NCBI GenBank assembly: GCA_026026165.1
Contig: JAPEUD010000053.1
Span: forward strand, 1 to 64,000
DNA: 64,000 bases
Source of the DNA: Sarea resinae
Taxonomy: Eukaryota
Direction of reading: 5' to 3'
In this document: piece by piece, positions 61,416 through 64,000 of the stretch
Numbering within the stretch: position 1 is the first letter of the stretch
How the letters are laid out: each line of letters starts with the position of its first letter
Program-made: the position numbers and the translations under genes
The notes under the pieces: model-generated
What the model was told of the DNA's origin: nothing
Databases searched by the model: none
Seen by the model: the letters and a program-made list of their open reading frames with translations, nothing else

Positions 61416-62469
61416 CGTCGAAGCCGAAAATTCCAAGAATGACTATCGTGTCCAGAAGTATCCTCTGTTCCACTCTTCTACCTTGTAGACCGAGTTGAAC
61501 TCCTCCGATCCGACGCTGCTGCTACGCCGACTCCTCTCCATCAAACGACTTCACTCGCCCTCGTTGTCCACCTCGTTCTCATCCTTCCTCCCCATATCAG
61601 AAGCTTCTCAAGATTGCAAACCAGCAAGCGTTTGCTTTATCTCTGCCTTTTCCATTCCCCACGAAGCGAATTTAATGCTTTCTTCATTCAGCGCTTGTGA
61701 TCCTTTCTACCTTCTTCTTCATAGCCATGCTTGATTGACTTCTCTCAAGGTGTCGACCAGGGAGGTGTCTTTGATGACCTTATTTGATCTATTAATGCTG
61801 TTTTTCTTTTCCTCACGACCTGAAATTTTGACGAATCACTTTAGCGGATGGATTTTGGCGGCGATATCTTTTTTTTTCCTTTTCTCTCATATTTGGAAGT
61901 CATCTTGACAAGAGAGAGACTGAACGAAGGAGACAGAAACGGGAATAGGAATGGGTGCGATGGAGATAGTTTAGTATAAGATAGCATGAGATAGCATGAA
62001 GTTCTAGACCGAAATGCCAGATACGTTTTAGATTACTGGAATGAAAGTGTACCTATGATATGATTTGATTTGATTTCCAATGCCGATGCCATGAGCATCA
62101 CACTCTTACCCGGTTTGTTGAGCTCCAGGGCTGATACGATGGCGCAGGATTGCTTGTGTTGGGCTCTCCCCTTGGATCGAATCAGCCCGTACCGGGTCTG
62201 CGTAGCCTCGACGTAGTCGATGACGTTCAAGGCTTTTGCGCATGCGAGCAGCCAAATCCATTCCATCGCCAACCTCGACCTCGACCTTGCTTCCTCCTCC
62301 ACTATCCAATCCACAACAATGGCCGGCAACTGGAACATTTCCGATTGACCATTGAAGATCCTCTCGTCTTAATTCGCTTTTGCGGATTACCACCAGTGTC
62401 GCGCAAATTCGTTGACGCTCTCTGACCCGCTGCACTTGTTAGAGCGAGTTGAAGTTCAATTCCCCCAAC

Positions 62470-63958
62470 ATGGCGCACCAGTATTCCCTGCGCGTCACTG
62501 CGGGGCCTTCCTATGATCCGAAAACCCATCAGGTCGTCAATGTCAACTCTGCGACCCCGATACATATCTCTCATCCAAACTTCGAGGCTACCGTCAATGT
62601 GAGGGTGCAAAACTACAGAGGTAAGCCATTTGCTTTGACGACAATTGGAAGCGCGCGCCCCAAAATCGCCTGCTCTCACCTTAAGACCCCCAAATGATAC
62701 GAAAACCATGACGGGAGGCTGATAATTCTTTGTTCTTTTCTGGTACTGTAGGACTTCCCGCCGACTCTCCTAAATCCTCCCCCTACTTCTCCCATCCACT
62801 TCACACCTCAGACCAATATTCGCTCGCCTTCTCCTTCGTCTCAAAAGATGCCATCAGCGGCAACGACCTCCTCTTCGGCAACGACTTCGACCACCCCATT
62901 CGCGATCGCCTACCCCCAGGTTTCTCAACTGCGTTCCGGTTCGTCAAATGGTGGATCGACCCTGGTTTGGAGGGGGATCCATACGCCGATGAACCATATC
63001 TGTATGGGCCGGCGTTAAGCAGCTTGAATGTCGTAAGAGTGGGCGAAAAGGTCGACAGTCTGGCTTCGAGTGGCATTGGACCGGAGAAGGGTGAAAAGAG
63101 GAATAGTGAGGTTGGTGATGCGGCGGAGAGCGGAGGCAGTGAAGGCGAGGGCGCGGATGGTGACGGTGCGTTGGAAGCCGTCATAGAAGAAGGCGGTGAT
63201 GGCGATGGTGTGGCGCTGCGAGAAGAAAACAATATCCCCGCCGATGCCGCGGCGCGCAAAAAGTACTTTCTCGACGAGAACAATAGGAAAAAGTTCGAGA
63301 TCGAGGCGGGGAGGTTACATCAGGCCGATTTCTTCAATCCGTACTTGGACTTTAATGGTATGGTTCTCGTCATAGTCTCCTTTCGTTCTTTCCGAATGCT
63401 CCTCATTATGCGTGTTTATTTCTTCAATTTCCGGATCTGTTTTATGTTTCAAAGAAGCGAAGAAGGAAAGAGCTGATCCAATTCCAATAGAATTCGCCCT
63501 CCGCCTTCCCGGATTCACGCTCCCGATCATCACACACTGGGACGGCCAACCTCTCCGGTAAGCTTTCTCTCTCATATTTTCAGTCCACCAATGCTTTACG
63601 CCATTTCCCCTTTTCCTTTTCCCAGGTCTATTATCTCTACCCTGCCCTCATACCTCTACATCATCCATCCCCCAACCAAGCAATCTCCACTTCATAATCT
63701 CATCCCCTTCCCATCCCGTTATTGCATTTCATTCCAATCCAATCCATGCGGAGCGACTAACCCTTCCTGCCCGCCCCGTCTGGCGGCGCCGGCGCTGACA
63801 GCTCCCACACGCTTAGATACGTGCTGCGTCATCGCGAGACGAAGCAGCTGTTCTTCTGTGTTCTGTTCTCGCTGATTCCGAAGACGGAGCTCGAGGCCGA
63901 AGAGGCGAGCGCGAGGAAAGGTGGTGATGGCGCCGAGGACGACAATGATGATGATGAT

Positions 63959-64000
<42 letters not shown>
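62470..64000 (+). CDS. DUF1769-family protein (3 introns; runs off window end in poly-Asp)
   Basis: YSLRVTAGPSYD..VRVQNYRG|LP, LLFGNDFDHPIRDRLPPGF, WWIDPGLEGDPYADEPYLYGP, DFFNPYLDFN|EFALRLPGF..WDGQPLR|YVL. Confidence 0.88.

Noticed and set aside
63557..63817. Long DUF1769 intron with internal CAG|GT, possible recursive or twin intron
   Set aside because: No canonical branch site before the internal AG and a weak donor (GTCTAT)

Overview
Gene-dense, intron-containing chromosomal DNA from a filamentous ascomycete (Pezizomycotina; GT..AG introns with CTRAY branch sites). I can support about 20 protein genes, mostly housekeeping: PIG-U/GAB1, NOP7, MET7, SAC1, a Rab5 GTPase, MIC60, MTC4-like, glutaminyl cyclase, RRN9-domain, MSH6, But2-domain wall protein, NOG2, LSM6, PBDC1-like, a STE6-type ABC exporter, DUF1769 and several conserved hypotheticals. 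All product calls come from motif recognition, not from database searches. Best-supported non-coding element: an H/ACA snoRNA (snR191/U19 orthologue) in the NOG2 intron, with both guide pockets exactly spaced. Most novel-looking signals lie in the gene-free gap at 26.4-30.6 kb: (i) a candidate structured ~180-nt Pol III transcription unit with yeast-U6-like TATA / A-box / T6 / downstream B-box layout but non-U6, non-tRNA sequence; (ii) a cluster of B-box-like motifs; (iii) an orphan ORF with an internal repeat conserved at protein but not DNA level. Also noted: an HMG-box site cluster upstream of STE6, a stop-creating TAGTAG acceptor in STE6, three AAG acceptors, GTAC-dense promoter islands and a RIP-like AT-rich island. 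No intact transposon, rRNA, canonical tRNA or CRISPR array seen.
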